33,288 nucleotides of DNA from positions 1 through 33,288 of the forward strand of contig JBKOUP010000225.1 of the NCBI GenBank assembly GCA_046723495.1. Direction: 5' to 3'. Shown piece after piece: positions 8,560 through 16,989 of this stretch. The notes below the pieces were generated by a model that saw only the letters and a program-made list of their open reading frames with translations, was not told where the DNA came from and did not search any database. Within the stretch, counting starts at the first letter, position 1. Each line of letters begins with the position of its first letter. Both the position numbers and the translations under genes were made by a program. This DNA comes from Acidobacteriota bacterium. GTDB lineage: Bacteria > Acidobacteriota > Thermoanaerobaculia > Gp7-AA8.

Positions 8560-9111
8560 CTATGCGTGGTAGCGAAGATAGACCCATCCATTCGCAAAAC
8601 GGTGCTCGTCGATCAGATCGAGCTTGATCCATACGTCGGCGGGCAGGATCCGCTTGCCGCCGCCGATCATCATCGGCACGACGAAGAGATGATATTCGTC
8701 GACAAGCCCGCTCCGAATGGCGTGTGCGGCGAGGGTCGGACCACCCACCGAAACATCGCCAGGCAATTGAGCCTTCAGCTCGCGAACGGCCTGCGGGTCG
8801 AATTCCCGCTCGAGACGCGCTTTCGGCGTAGAGACTCTGTCCAGCAATTTGGAGTAGACAATCTTGTCGGCCGCCTGCCAGATCCGCGCGAAGTCAAGAC
8901 TGGCCGGCGTCAGACCGGGAAGGACGTCCGGCGTCTCCCAAACCGCCATCGTCTCGTACATCTTGCGTCCATAGAGATACGTGCCGACGGGGCGCATGAG
9001 ATCGTTGATGAACGCAAGGAACTCGTCGTCCGGCACTGACCAATCGAGATTTCCGCCATCAGCGATATAGCCGTCCAGCGACGTCGGCGTAACGTAGAGC
9101 AGTTTGGCCAT
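8560..9111 (-). CDS. Dihydrofolate reductase family protein (RibD C-terminal domain type)
   Basis: 183 aa from MAKLLYVTPTSLDGYIADGGNLDW, ending in GGPTLAAHAIRSGLVDEYHLFVVPMMIGGGKRILP, which is typical of RibD_C/YyaP-like proteins. GGAG SD upstream. The rest of the 270-aa track ORF runs through the tRNA and is spurious. Confidence 0.85.
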   Translation of the reverse strand: MAKLLYVTPTSLDGYIADGGNLDWSVPDDEFLAFINDLMRPVGTYLYGRKMYETMAVWETPDVLPGLTPASLDFARIWQAADKIVYSKLLDRVSTPKARLEREFDPQAVRELKAQLPGDVSVGGPTLAAHAIRSGLVDEYHLFVVPMMIGGGKRILPADVWIKLDLIDEHRFANGWVYLRYHA

Positions 9112-9237
9112 GTTGCAGTCTCCGAGATCATAGCTGCGAAGTGAGGCCTCGAGCGCACACGTGGCGAGACGATTTTCGCGGGTGCGTCCCAAATCCCGAA
9201 GGAGGCTTTGCCAACCAACGCACCGGCACGTTGCCGG

Positions 9238-9327
9238 TGGCGGAGGAGGTGGGATTCGAACCCACGGTGGAGTCGCCCCCACGGCGGTTTTCAAGACCGC
9301 TGCCTTAAACCACTCGGCCACTCCTCC
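9238..9327 (-). tRNA. tRNA-Ser (anticodon UGA), class II, CCA encoded
   Basis: Reverse complement begins GGAGGAGTGGCCGAGTGGTTTAAGGCA. Anticodon stem GCGGT/ACCGC with loop CTTGAAA, a long variable arm, T arm GTGGG-TTCGAAT-CCCAC, acceptor CTCCTCC-G-CCA. Length 90 nt. Confidence 0.9.
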
Positions 9328-9378
9328 AAACAGGTCAGAGGGCAGAAGGCAGAAGGCAGAAGTGGGCCGCAAACATTT

Positions 9379-10527
9379 CTACGGGAGAAGATTCACGTCC
9401 AGCGTGATCTTCAGCCGCAGCCTTCGGTGCTGGCGCAGCTCCTCGGCCGTCAGGTTCAGCGGCACCGTCACCTCCTTCACCAAGCCGTCCGTGGAGCGGC
9501 GCTCGGTGTGCGGGGGGGCGGCCAGCGTCGACGTCGACGACCCGAGGTCGGGGAGCGAGCTCAGGATCCCCTCGGGGAGGGGGATCTCGATCGACGTCAT
9601 CGGCACCTCGCCGAAGGGGTGCACGTCGCTGGGCGGGGGCGGCACGTCGGGCAGGGGGCCGGTCGTCGCGAAGTAATCCGTGATCTCGGCGAATGGCGCG
9701 GGCTCCTGGGCGGGCGGGGGCGTGGGCGGCGGGATCAGCTCTGTCGGCACGAGGGGGATGTTCTCGTCGTCGCCGCCGGAATCGACGGTCATGAACACGC
9801 CGCTGTTCGCGGGCGGCAGCGGACCGCTGTACTGCTGCTGCTCGTCCTCGTCGTCCCACAGCGAATCGTGCGGGCGCTCCGCCGGCACCGTCGGATTCAG
9901 GATCTGGATCTCGCGCTCCACCGGCTCCGATCCCTCCAGGCCGTACTTCTTGATCAGGTGCGCGAGCACGAGCTGCGTGATTCCTTTGAGCGTCTCCTCG
10001 ACGCCGAGGCCCGTCGTGGCCACCGACTCGAACTTCGGCGCGCCGAGCTTGTTCACCTCGCGGTCGATGTCCGCGACCGGCAGCGCGTTCGGCAGGTCGC
10101 GCTTGTTGTACTGCATCACCAGCGGGATCTCGCGGATGCGCACCCCTTGGCGCTTGAGGTTGTCCTCCAGGTTCTGCATCGACTCCAGGTTCGCGTCGAG
10201 CGCGAAGTCCTGGCTGTCGGCGACGAAGACGATGCCGTCGGCGCCTTTCAGCACCAGCTGCCGCGTGGAGTTGTAGTAGACCTGTCCCGGCACCGTATAG
10301 AGCTGCAGCTTCGTGCGCATTCCGCGGATCTTGCCGAGGTCGAGGGGGAGGAAGTCGAAGAACAGCGTGCGGTCCGTCTTCGTGGCCAGCGAGAGCATCT
10401 TGCTCTTGTTGTTCGACGGCAGCGAGTCGTAGATGAACTGCAGGTTCGTCGTCTTGCCGCAAAGTCCGGGCCCGTAATAGACGATCTTCGCGGTGATCTC
10501 GCGGGTGGCGTAGTTGAAGAGGACCAT
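9379..10527 (-). CDS. MglA-family Ras-like small GTPase with ~185-aa proline/acidic C-terminal extension
   Basis: The first ~195 aa closely resemble Myxococcus MglA. They carry P-loop YYGPGLCGKTT, switch I TDRTLFFDFLP, the MglA-specific G3 TVPGQ, G4 NKRD, and ADGIVFVADSQ. The remaining ~185 aa are low complexity (PPPTPPPAQEPAP, PDVPPPPSD) and end in RRLRLKITLDVNLLP. Confidence 0.9.
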   Translation of the reverse strand: MVLFNYATREITAKIVYYGPGLCGKTTNLQFIYDSLPSNNKSKMLSLATKTDRTLFFDFLPLDLGKIRGMRTKLQLYTVPGQVYYNSTRQLVLKGADGIVFVADSQDFALDANLESMQNLEDNLKRQGVRIREIPLVMQYNKRDLPNALPVADIDREVNKLGAPKFESVATTGLGVEETLKGITQLVLAHLIKKYGLEGSEPVEREIQILNPTVPAERPHDSLWDDEDEQQQYSGPLPPANSGVFMTVDSGGDDENIPLVPTELIPPPTPPPAQEPAPFAEITDYFATTGPLPDVPPPPSDVHPFGEVPMTSIEIPLPEGILSSLPDLGSSTSTLAAPPHTERRSTDGLVKEVTVPLNLTAEELRQHRRLRLKITLDVNLLP

Positions 10528-10593
10528 GATGCGCCTTGGGTGCCGGTGAGGTTAGCACACGTCGTATCATGTGCGCCTTTGCTCGGAGGTGAC

Positions 10594-12198
10594 ATGATCG
10601 TCAGGCGGTTCCTCACCGCGATCGCGGTCTGCGCGCTCGCCGCGCCGCTCCTCGCCGACGCCCCCGGCGTCTACGCCATCACGGGCGGCACCGTGCATCC
10701 GGTCAGCGGTCCAGCCATCGAGAACGGCGTCGTCCTGATCCGCGACGGGTTGATCGAAGCGGCCGGCGCGAACGTGGCCGTCCCGGCCGACGCCGCCGTC
10801 ATCGATGCCAAGGGGAAGCACGTCTACCCCGGCCTCATCGACGCGCAGACGTCGATCGGTTTTCCGTCCGCGACACCGCAGCGGCGCGGCCGCGGCGGAC
10901 CGCCACGCCCGCAGAGCGCGGCGACCGAGTTGCCCGAGACCTCGCCGTCCTTCCTGGCCATGCGCGAAGCGAAGCTGACCGACGACGACGTCGAAGCGAA
11001 GCGGGCCACCGGCGTGACCACGATCCTGACCGCCCCCTCCTTCGGCATCTTCAACGGCCAGTCGATGGTCCTCGACCTCGGCGGCGGCACGATCGAGCAG
11101 CGCGTCATCCGCGGCGTGGCCGCACAGCAGATCTCGTTCAATCCCCGCCCGGCCTGGACCTATCCGGACTCGCTCATGGGCGTGATCGCCTACATCCGCC
11201 AGTCGCTGATGGACGGCCAGCACTACGCCGCCGCGCACGCCATCTACGACCGGAATCCCGCCGGCAATCAGCGCCCCGGCGAGAGTCCCTCGGCGGTCGC
11301 GCTCGTGGCCGTGCTGCGCCGCGACGTGCCGGTCGTCTTCATCGCCGACAGTGAATTGATGATGCGCCGGGCTATGGCCATCGCGCGCGAGTTCAACCTC
11401 AAGTACATCCTCTCCGGCGCGCGCCAGGCCTACCGCATGCCGGGCGAATTGAAAGACGTGCCGGTGCTCGTCTCGGTCAAGTGGCCGGCGCCGCCGGCGT
11501 CGAAGGAAGACCGCCAGGAGCAGCCGCTGCGCCTCATCCGCGAGCGGCAGGAGACGCCGACCTCGCCCGCCGTCCTGCAGAAGAGCGGCGTGCTCTACGC
11601 GCTCGTCAGCGGCCCGGGGAAGACGGGCGATTTCCTTCCCGGAATCCGCAAGGCCATCGACCACGGCCTCTCCGATGACGACGCCCTGCGCGCCGTCACG
11701 CTCAACCCCGCGCGCATCCTCGGCCTCGACCGCCAGCTCGGCTCGCTCGACAAGGGGAAAATCGCCAACGTCGTCGTCACCGACAAGCCGATCTTCGACA
11801 AAGAGGCCAAGGTGCAGCGCGTCTACATCGACGGCCGCGAGGTCAAGCTGCAGAGCGAAGAGGAGAAGAAGCGCGGCGCCGGCGCGGCCGCCGCGGCGTC
11901 GCCGCTCGAGGGCGCCTGGAGCCTGATCGTCAAGGCCTCGACCGGCGACATCAACATCAACGCACGCTTCCACGTCGAGGACGGCAACGTCACCGGCTCC
12001 TTCTCCGGCGACCGCGGCTCCGGCGAGATCCACAACGGAACGTTCGACGGCACCACGCTGGAGTTCGCCATCAACGTGCGCGAGCAGGCGGAGCAGGGAG
12101 ACTGGGTCTTCCATGGCACCCTGTCCGGCTCGACCATCAGCGGCACGGTCTCGACGACGCTCGGGACGCTGCCGTTCAGCGGGAGCAAGTCACGATGA
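10594..12198 (+). CDS. Secreted amidohydrolase-family protein, metal-binding motif degenerate (HxH replaced by QTS), with extra C-terminal beta-rich domain
   Basis: 534 aa from ATG 10594, preceded by a GGAGG SD. Signal peptide [21 protein letters not shown]. It has the amidohydrolase N-terminal barrel-insert pattern ([37 protein letters not shown]), but DAQTS replaces DxHxH. The C-terminal ~100 aa read [29 protein letters not shown]. Confidence 0.85.
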   Translation: MIVRRFLTAIAVCALAAPLLADAPGVYAITGGTVHPVSGPAIENGVVLIRDGLIEAAGANVAVPADAAVIDAKGKHVYPGLIDAQTSIGFPSATPQRRGRGGPPRPQSAATELPETSPSFLAMREAKLTDDDVEAKRATGVTTILTAPSFGIFNGQSMVLDLGGGTIEQRVIRGVAAQQISFNPRPAWTYPDSLMGVIAYIRQSLMDGQHYAAAHAIYDRNPAGNQRPGESPSAVALVAVLRRDVPVVFIADSELMMRRAMAIAREFNLKYILSGARQAYRMPGELKDVPVLVSVKWPAPPASKEDRQEQPLRLIRERQETPTSPAVLQKSGVLYALVSGPGKTGDFLPGIRKAIDHGLSDDDALRAVTLNPARILGLDRQLGSLDKGKIANVVVTDKPIFDKEAKVQRVYIDGREVKLQSEEEKKRGAGAAAAASPLEGAWSLIVKASTGDININARFHVEDGNVTGSFSGDRGSGEIHNGTFDGTTLEFAINVREQAEQGDWVFHGTLSGSTISGTVSTTLGTLPFSGSKSR

Positions 12199-13637
12199 GA
12201 ACGAATGGGAAGCATGCGCCCCTCACCCTGGCGCTTCGCGCCTGTCCCTCTCCCCGCGAGCGGGGAGAGGGTGCTGCGAAGCAGCGGGTGAGGGGCGCCC
12301 TCGCGGCATTCTTCGCCCTCTTCGCCACCGCGGCCGTCGCCGACACCGTCATCCGCGACGCCACCATCCTCACCATCACCCACGGCAAGATCGAGCACGG
12401 CTCGGTGCTCATCCGCGGCGCGAAGATCGCCGCGGTCGGGCCGAACGACCAGGTGCAGGTTCCCGCGGGCGCCACCGTCATCGACGCCGCCGGCAAGTAC
12501 GTCATGCCCGGCATCGTCGACACCCACAGCCACACCGGCGTCGAGGGGAGCGTCAACGAGATCTCCCTGCCGAACACCGGCATGGTGCGCATCCGCGACG
12601 TGCTGACGAACGACGACGTCAACGTCTACCGCGAGCTCGCCGGCGGCACGACCTGCGCGCTCGTCCTGCACGGCTCTGCGAATCCGATCGGCGGCCAGTC
12701 GCAGATCGTCAAGTGGAGGTGGGGCCATCCCGTCTCCGAATGGCCGGTGGACGATGCGCCGCGCACGATCAAGTTCGCCCTCGGCGAGAATCCGAAGAGC
12801 TCGAACTTCCGCCCGCCGCCCGGCATCCCCGCGCAGTATCCGCAGACGCGCATGGGCGTCGAGGAGGTCATCCGCCAGGCCTTCACCGACGCCAAGGACT
12901 ACGCCGCGAAGTGGGCCGAGTACGACGCCGGCAAGAAGCGCGGCGAGGACCCCATCCCGCCGCGCCGCGACATCCTCATGGAGACGATGAACGACATCCT
13001 GGCGGGCAAGATCGACGTGCACTCGCACTGCTACCGCGCCGACGAGATCATGATGCTGCTGCGCGTCAGCGACGAGATGGGCTTCAAGATCCGCGAGCTC
13101 CAGCACGTCCTGGAGGGCTACAAAGTGGCCAAGGAGATCGCCGCGCACGGCGTCGGCGGCGGGACGTTCATCGACTGGTGGGGCTTCAAGATGGAGGCCT
13201 ACGACGCCATTCCCTACAACGTCGCCCTCATGGATCGCGCCGGCGTCCTGACGTCGGTCAACTCCGACTCCGACGAGCTGGCCCGCCGCCTCAACCTCGA
13301 CGCGGCGAAGGCGATGAAGTACGGAGGGTTGTCCGAGGAAGAAGCCCTGAAGCTCTGCACGCTCAACGGCGCGAAGCAGCTCCGCCTCGACCACCGCATC
13401 GGCTCGATCGACGTCGGCAAGGACGCGGACGTCGTCATCTGGAACGGCCATCCGTTTTCGACCTACTCGCGCGTCGACACGACCTTCGTCGACGGGGAGA
13501 TCGTCTTCGACCGGCAGCGCGACCTGCAGCAGCGCGCCGCGCTGGCCAAGGAGAAAGCGGAGCGCTTGAAGAAGGAAGCGGACGAGGAGAAGAAGAACAA
13601 GCCCGCCGCGAAGCCGGAGGAGAAAGCCGATGAGTAA
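12195..13637 (+). CDS. Secreted amidohydrolase (metal-dependent hydrolase; ligand set intact)
   Basis: ATG 12195 forms an ATGA overlap with the upstream stop. The alternative GTG 12288 would give a clean signal peptide ([20 protein letters not shown]). HxH motif VDTHSHTG, further ligand candidates VHSHCY, LQHVLEG and NSDSD. Codons 8-35 are the palindromic element. Confidence 0.85.
   Translation: MRTNGKHAPLTLALRACPSPRERGEGAAKQRVRGALAAFFALFATAAVADTVIRDATILTITHGKIEHGSVLIRGAKIAAVGPNDQVQVPAGATVIDAAGKYVMPGIVDTHSHTGVEGSVNEISLPNTGMVRIRDVLTNDDVNVYRELAGGTTCALVLHGSANPIGGQSQIVKWRWGHPVSEWPVDDAPRTIKFALGENPKSSNFRPPPGIPAQYPQTRMGVEEVIRQAFTDAKDYAAKWAEYDAGKKRGEDPIPPRRDILMETMNDILAGKIDVHSHCYRADEIMMLLRVSDEMGFKIRELQHVLEGYKVAKEIAAHGVGGGTFIDWWGFKMEAYDAIPYNVALMDRAGVLTSVNSDSDELARRLNLDAAKAMKYGGLSEEEALKLCTLNGAKQLRLDHRIGSIDVGKDADVVIWNGHPFSTYSRVDTTFVDGEIVFDRQRDLQQRAALAKEKAERLKKEADEEKKNKPAAKPEEKADE
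12216..12298. repeat. REP-like compound palindrome (four-way-junction / cloverleaf-forming element)
   Basis: Perfect 13-bp outer stem GCGCCCCTCACCC (12216-12228) / GGGTGAGGGGCGC (12286-12298) encloses three hairpins. These are GGCGC-TTC-GCGCC (12230-12242), CCCTCTCCCCGC-GA-GCGGGGAGAGGG (12246-12271) and GCTGC-GAA-GCAGC (12273-12285). Only one copy occurs in this window. Confidence 0.7.
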
Positions 13638-14925
13638 GCGCGTCACCGCATTCGCCTGCGCGATGTTCGCCGGCTCGCTCTTCGCGCAGTCGGTGATCCC
13701 GAACAGCCCCGGCACGAAGCCGGCGGTGGCCATCCGCAACGCCACGATCTATCCCGTGACCTCCGCGCCGATCGAGCACGGCACGATCGTCTTCGCCAAC
13801 GGAACGATCACCGCCGTCGGCCGCGACGTGGCCGTCCCGCCCGGCGCGATGGTCATCGACGGCACGGGACTGCGCGTCTATCCCGGCCTGATCGACGCGG
13901 GGTCGCAGGTCGGGCTCGTGGAAATCAACTCCGTCCCCGGCTCGGTCGACACCGCGGAGCTCGGCGACATCAACCCGAACGCGCGCGCCGAGGTGGCCGT
14001 CAACCCGCACAGTAACCTCATTCCGGTCACGCGCGTGAACGGCATCACCACCGCCGTCGTCGAGCCGGCCGGCGGCATCATCGCCGGCTCCTCGGCGCTC
14101 GTGCAGTTCGCCGGCTGGACGCCGCAGGAGATGACGGTCAAGGCGCCGCTGGCGATGCACGTCCACTTCCCGCGTCTGCGCGGCGGCCGCTTCGCCGAGG
14201 TGCCGCAGGACGAGGAGGCGGAAAAGGAAGCGAAGAAAAATTACACGCAAGCGGTCGACAAGCTGCGCGACACGCTCCGCGACGCCCAGGCCTACGCGAA
14301 GGCCGCGGCCGCGCACGGGAAGCGTTTCGACCGCGACCTGATCCTCGAGGCGCTCGTGCCGGTGGTCGAAGGGCGCGAGCCGGTGGTCATGCACGCCAGT
14401 CTGGAGCGCGACATCCGCGCGGCGATGAAGTTCGCCGACGAGATGAAGCTGAAGATGATTCTCGCCGACGCCGAGGACGTGCAGAAGGTGATCCCCGAGC
14501 TGAAGAAGCGGAACATCCCAGTGATCCTCGGGCCGATTCTGGAGCTCCCGCCGCGCGAGGACGATCCGTACGATCTGCTCTTCTCGAACGCGAAAGCGCT
14601 CTACGACGCCGGCGTGCCGTTCGCGATCCAGTCGCAGGACCAGCACAACGCGCGCAACCTGCCGTACCACGCCGCGGCCTGCGCGGCGTTCGGGCTGCCG
14701 AAGGAGGCGGCGCTGAAGGCGGTGACGATCTTCCCGGCGCAGATCTTCGGCGTGGCCGACAAGGTCGGATCGCTGGAGCCCGGCAAGCGCGCCGACGTCA
14801 TCGTCACCGACGGCGATCCGCTCGAGATCGTCACGCACGTGAAGCGGCTCTTCATCGGCGGCGAAGATATTTCGCTGGAGACGAATCAGACGTTGCTGTA
14901 CGAGAAGTTTTCGAAGCGGCCGTAG
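13630..14925 (+). CDS. Secreted amidohydrolase-family protein, metal-binding motif degenerate (HxH replaced by GSQ)
   Basis: 431 aa. ATG 13630 overlaps the upstream gene by 8 nt. Signal peptide [21 protein letters not shown]. It is collinear with the two upstream paralogs ([33 protein letters not shown]) but reads DAGSQ at the HxH position. Confidence 0.85.
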   Translation: MSKRVTAFACAMFAGSLFAQSVIPNSPGTKPAVAIRNATIYPVTSAPIEHGTIVFANGTITAVGRDVAVPPGAMVIDGTGLRVYPGLIDAGSQVGLVEINSVPGSVDTAELGDINPNARAEVAVNPHSNLIPVTRVNGITTAVVEPAGGIIAGSSALVQFAGWTPQEMTVKAPLAMHVHFPRLRGGRFAEVPQDEEAEKEAKKNYTQAVDKLRDTLRDAQAYAKAAAAHGKRFDRDLILEALVPVVEGREPVVMHASLERDIRAAMKFADEMKLKMILADAEDVQKVIPELKKRNIPVILGPILELPPREDDPYDLLFSNAKALYDAGVPFAIQSQDQHNARNLPYHAAACAAFGLPKEAALKAVTIFPAQIFGVADKVGSLEPGKRADVIVTDGDPLEIVTHVKRLFIGGEDISLETNQTLLYEKFSKRP

Positions 14926-14945
14926 TAGAATCGCCGCTCGTTCTT

Positions 14946-15116
14946 TTCCAATCCAGTTCGCGACGGTGAACGGGAAGCCGGTGTGATACCGGCGCGGCCC
15001 CCGCCACTGTAACCGGCGACGACCCGCGTTTTGCGCTCTGCGCCCCACTGCCATCAGCGGGAAGGGAGCGCGGGAAGGACGACCCGGAAGCCAGGAGACC
15101 GACCGCGGCGAACTTC
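14946..15116 (+). promoter_or_regulatory. Cobalamin (B12) riboswitch
   Basis: Conserved core GGTGAACGGGAAGCCGGTGTGATACCGGCGCGGCCCCCGCCACTGTAACCGG, then CCCACTGCCATCAGCGGGAAGG, then B12 box GGAAGCCAGGAGACCGACC. It lies directly upstream of a TonB-dependent receptor gene. Boundaries are approximate. Confidence 0.85.
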
Positions 15117-15154
15117 ATTTCTTCATCGGCCTCTTCGGAGGGAAGGAGCTCGCC

Positions 15155-16957
15155 GTGAACCTGCTGTTCGTCCTGTTTCTCGCCACCGTTGCCCCGCAGA
15201 AAATCTCCGACCGCATCGTCGTCACCGCCTCCGACGTCCCCGAGACCATCGAGTCGACGCCCGCCGCCGTCACCGTCATCACGAAAAAAGACATCGACGA
15301 GCGCGCCGCGCGCGACGTCGCCGACGTCCTGCGCGAAGTCCCCGGCCTGGCGGTGAGCCGCACCGGCTCGCCCGGAAAGGCCACCTCGCTCTTCACGCGC
15401 GGCGCGGCCTCGACGCAGACGCTCGTGCTGTGGAACGGCATCGAGATCAACAACCCTTACTTCTCCGGCTACGACTGGGGCCGCTTCTCCACCGCCGGCG
15501 TCGAGCAGATCGAAGTCGTGCGCGGGCCGTTCTCCGCGCTGTACGGCTCCGAGGCCGTGGCGGGCGTCGTCAACGTCATCACCGAGCCGGCGGCGAGCGG
15601 CGTGCGCGCCGAAGTCGCGAGCGGCGGCCACGGGCTGCGCAACGGTCTCTTCGACGGCAGTTGGGTCAGCGGCGCGAACCGCTTCAGCGCCGCGCTCGAG
15701 CACCGCACCGACAACGGCTTCGCGCCGAACGACGACTTCCGCCAGAACAGCGGCAACGCCGTGTGGCGGTTTGCGCCGTCGAAAACGTTCTCATTCGGCT
15801 TCGCCGCGCGCGCCACCTCGTACGACCTCGGCATTCCGTTCAACCTCAACGCCACGGCCAGCGCGCTCGTGCCGAGCCTGCAGCGCCGGCAGAACGGGAC
15901 CGAGCGGCAGATCGCCGTGCCGCTGCAGCAGACGCTCGGGATTTTCTCGTACGACGTGACGCTCTCGGAGGCGCGCAACGACGACCGCTTCGACGATCCC
16001 GACGATCCCTTCGGCGTGACGACGGCGCGCACGACCTCGCGCACGCGCCGGGCGCGCCTGACCACGCGCACGGCGACGTCGTCGTTCGGCACGATCATCC
16101 TCGGCGGCGAGATCGAGCGCGCCAAGGTCGACGACGTGAACAACTTCGGCGTCAACCTGGCCGGGATGACCCGCCGCGACGACTCGCTCTTCGTCGAGGA
16201 CCGCGCCAAGCTCGGTCCGGTCGAGCTGAGCGCCGGCGTCCGCTACGACCGCTTCGACACCTTCGGCAGCCAGCTCTCGCCGCGCGTCGCCGCCGCGTTC
16301 CTTCGCCACGGCACGAAGTGGCGCGTCGCGTACGGTGAGGGCTTCCGCGCGCCGTCGATCGGCGAGCTGTACTACCCCTTCTCCGGCAATCGCGATCTGA
16401 AGGCCGAGCGCAGCCGCTCCTTCGAGGCAGGCTTCGACACCGGCCTCGGCCGCGACACGCTCTTCTCGCTGACGGCGTTCTGGAGCCGCTACCGCAACCT
16501 CATCAACTTCGACAACGCCACCTTCGCCTTCGCCAACATCGGCCGGGCCCGCAGCGACGGCCTCGAGCTCGGCGTCGACGAACAGCTGCCGTCGTCGTTC
16601 TACTCGCATCTCGCCTACACGTTCCTCCATCGCGACGAGGACGAGGCCACGGGCGAGCGCCTGCCGCGGCGGCCGAAGCACGCCGGCGCGCTGACGTTCG
16701 GCTGGCGCGACCGCGGCATGGACGCGAACGTGTCGATCGTGCGCAGCGGCGCGCGCGCCGACATCCTCCCGGTCTTCCCCTTCTCGCGCACGACGAACGG
16801 CGCGTACACGACCGTCGATGCAAACGTGCAGGTGCACGCCGGCCGCCTCACGCCGTTCGTGAAGCTGGAGAATTTGCGCAATGCGCGCTACGAGGAAGTG
16901 CTGGGGTATCCGTCGGCGGGGAGGAGGGCGGTGGTGGGATTGAGGCTGGGGATGTAG
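15155..16957 (+). CDS. btuB: TonB-dependent receptor, BtuB-like vitamin B12 transporter
   Basis: 600 aa from GTG 15155, with GGAGGGAAGGAG upstream. Short signal peptide, TonB box DRIVVTAS, plug motifs (ITKKDIDERAARDVADVLREVPGLAV, SLFTRGAASTQTLVLWNGIEINNP, IEVVRGPFSALYGSEAVAGVVNVIT) and a beta-barrel of BtuB-like size. A cobalamin riboswitch precedes it. Confidence 0.88.
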   Translation: MNLLFVLFLATVAPQKISDRIVVTASDVPETIESTPAAVTVITKKDIDERAARDVADVLREVPGLAVSRTGSPGKATSLFTRGAASTQTLVLWNGIEINNPYFSGYDWGRFSTAGVEQIEVVRGPFSALYGSEAVAGVVNVITEPAASGVRAEVASGGHGLRNGLFDGSWVSGANRFSAALEHRTDNGFAPNDDFRQNSGNAVWRFAPSKTFSFGFAARATSYDLGIPFNLNATASALVPSLQRRQNGTERQIAVPLQQTLGIFSYDVTLSEARNDDRFDDPDDPFGVTTARTTSRTRRARLTTRTATSSFGTIILGGEIERAKVDDVNNFGVNLAGMTRRDDSLFVEDRAKLGPVELSAGVRYDRFDTFGSQLSPRVAAAFLRHGTKWRVAYGEGFRAPSIGELYYPFSGNRDLKAERSRSFEAGFDTGLGRDTLFSLTAFWSRYRNLINFDNATFAFANIGRARSDGLELGVDEQLPSSFYSHLAYTFLHRDEDEATGERLPRRPKHAGALTFGWRDRGMDANVSIVRSGARADILPVFPFSRTTNGAYTTVDANVQVHAGRLTPFVKLENLRNARYEEVLGYPSAGRRAVVGLRLGM

Positions 16958-16989
16958 GGCCTAGCACGCGTCGTGCTTTGCAACGACGC

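Noticed and set aside
8515-8564. Weak nested inverted repeats (CATAGG..CCTATG and GTCGC..GCGAC) between the convergent membrane-protein and DHFR-family genes as a bidirectional terminator.
   Set aside because: The stems are only 5-6 bp with large loops and no flanking T/A tracts, so this is not strong enough to call.
2245-9327. Whether the segment bracketed by the two same-strand tRNA-Ser genes is a genomic island.
   Set aside because: The content is housekeeping (thrABC, a DHFR-family gene, a membrane protein). There is no integrase, transposase or phage gene, and no obvious composition shift. The shared 19 nt belongs to two intact tRNA genes rather than forming an att-type partial duplicate.
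9341-9361. Three tandem copies of GGCAGAA between the MglA-like stop and the 5' end of tRNA-Ser(UGA).
   Set aside because: Only 21 nt, with no spacers (so not CRISPR) and no hairpin potential. It most likely reflects slippage in the tRNA promoter or gene-end region, and nothing further can be supported.
9208-10593. Upstream extension of the first amidohydrolase ORF (996-aa track ORF) running antisense through the MglA-like gene and tRNA-Ser.
   Set aside because: The extension shows no amidohydrolase similarity. A GGAGG SD plus a signal peptide begin at ATG 10594, and the region is already explained by a tRNA and the GTPase gene.
16978-16989. TTG 16978 as the start of the ASRT-family gene (MQRRMNIGR..).
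   Set aside because: ASRT-family proteins, as I recall them, begin a few residues before the IGRT.WAIAEG motif. ATG 16990 (MNIGRTHWAIAEG) fits, and TTG adds four non-conserved residues. Neither start has an SD, so this remains uncertain.
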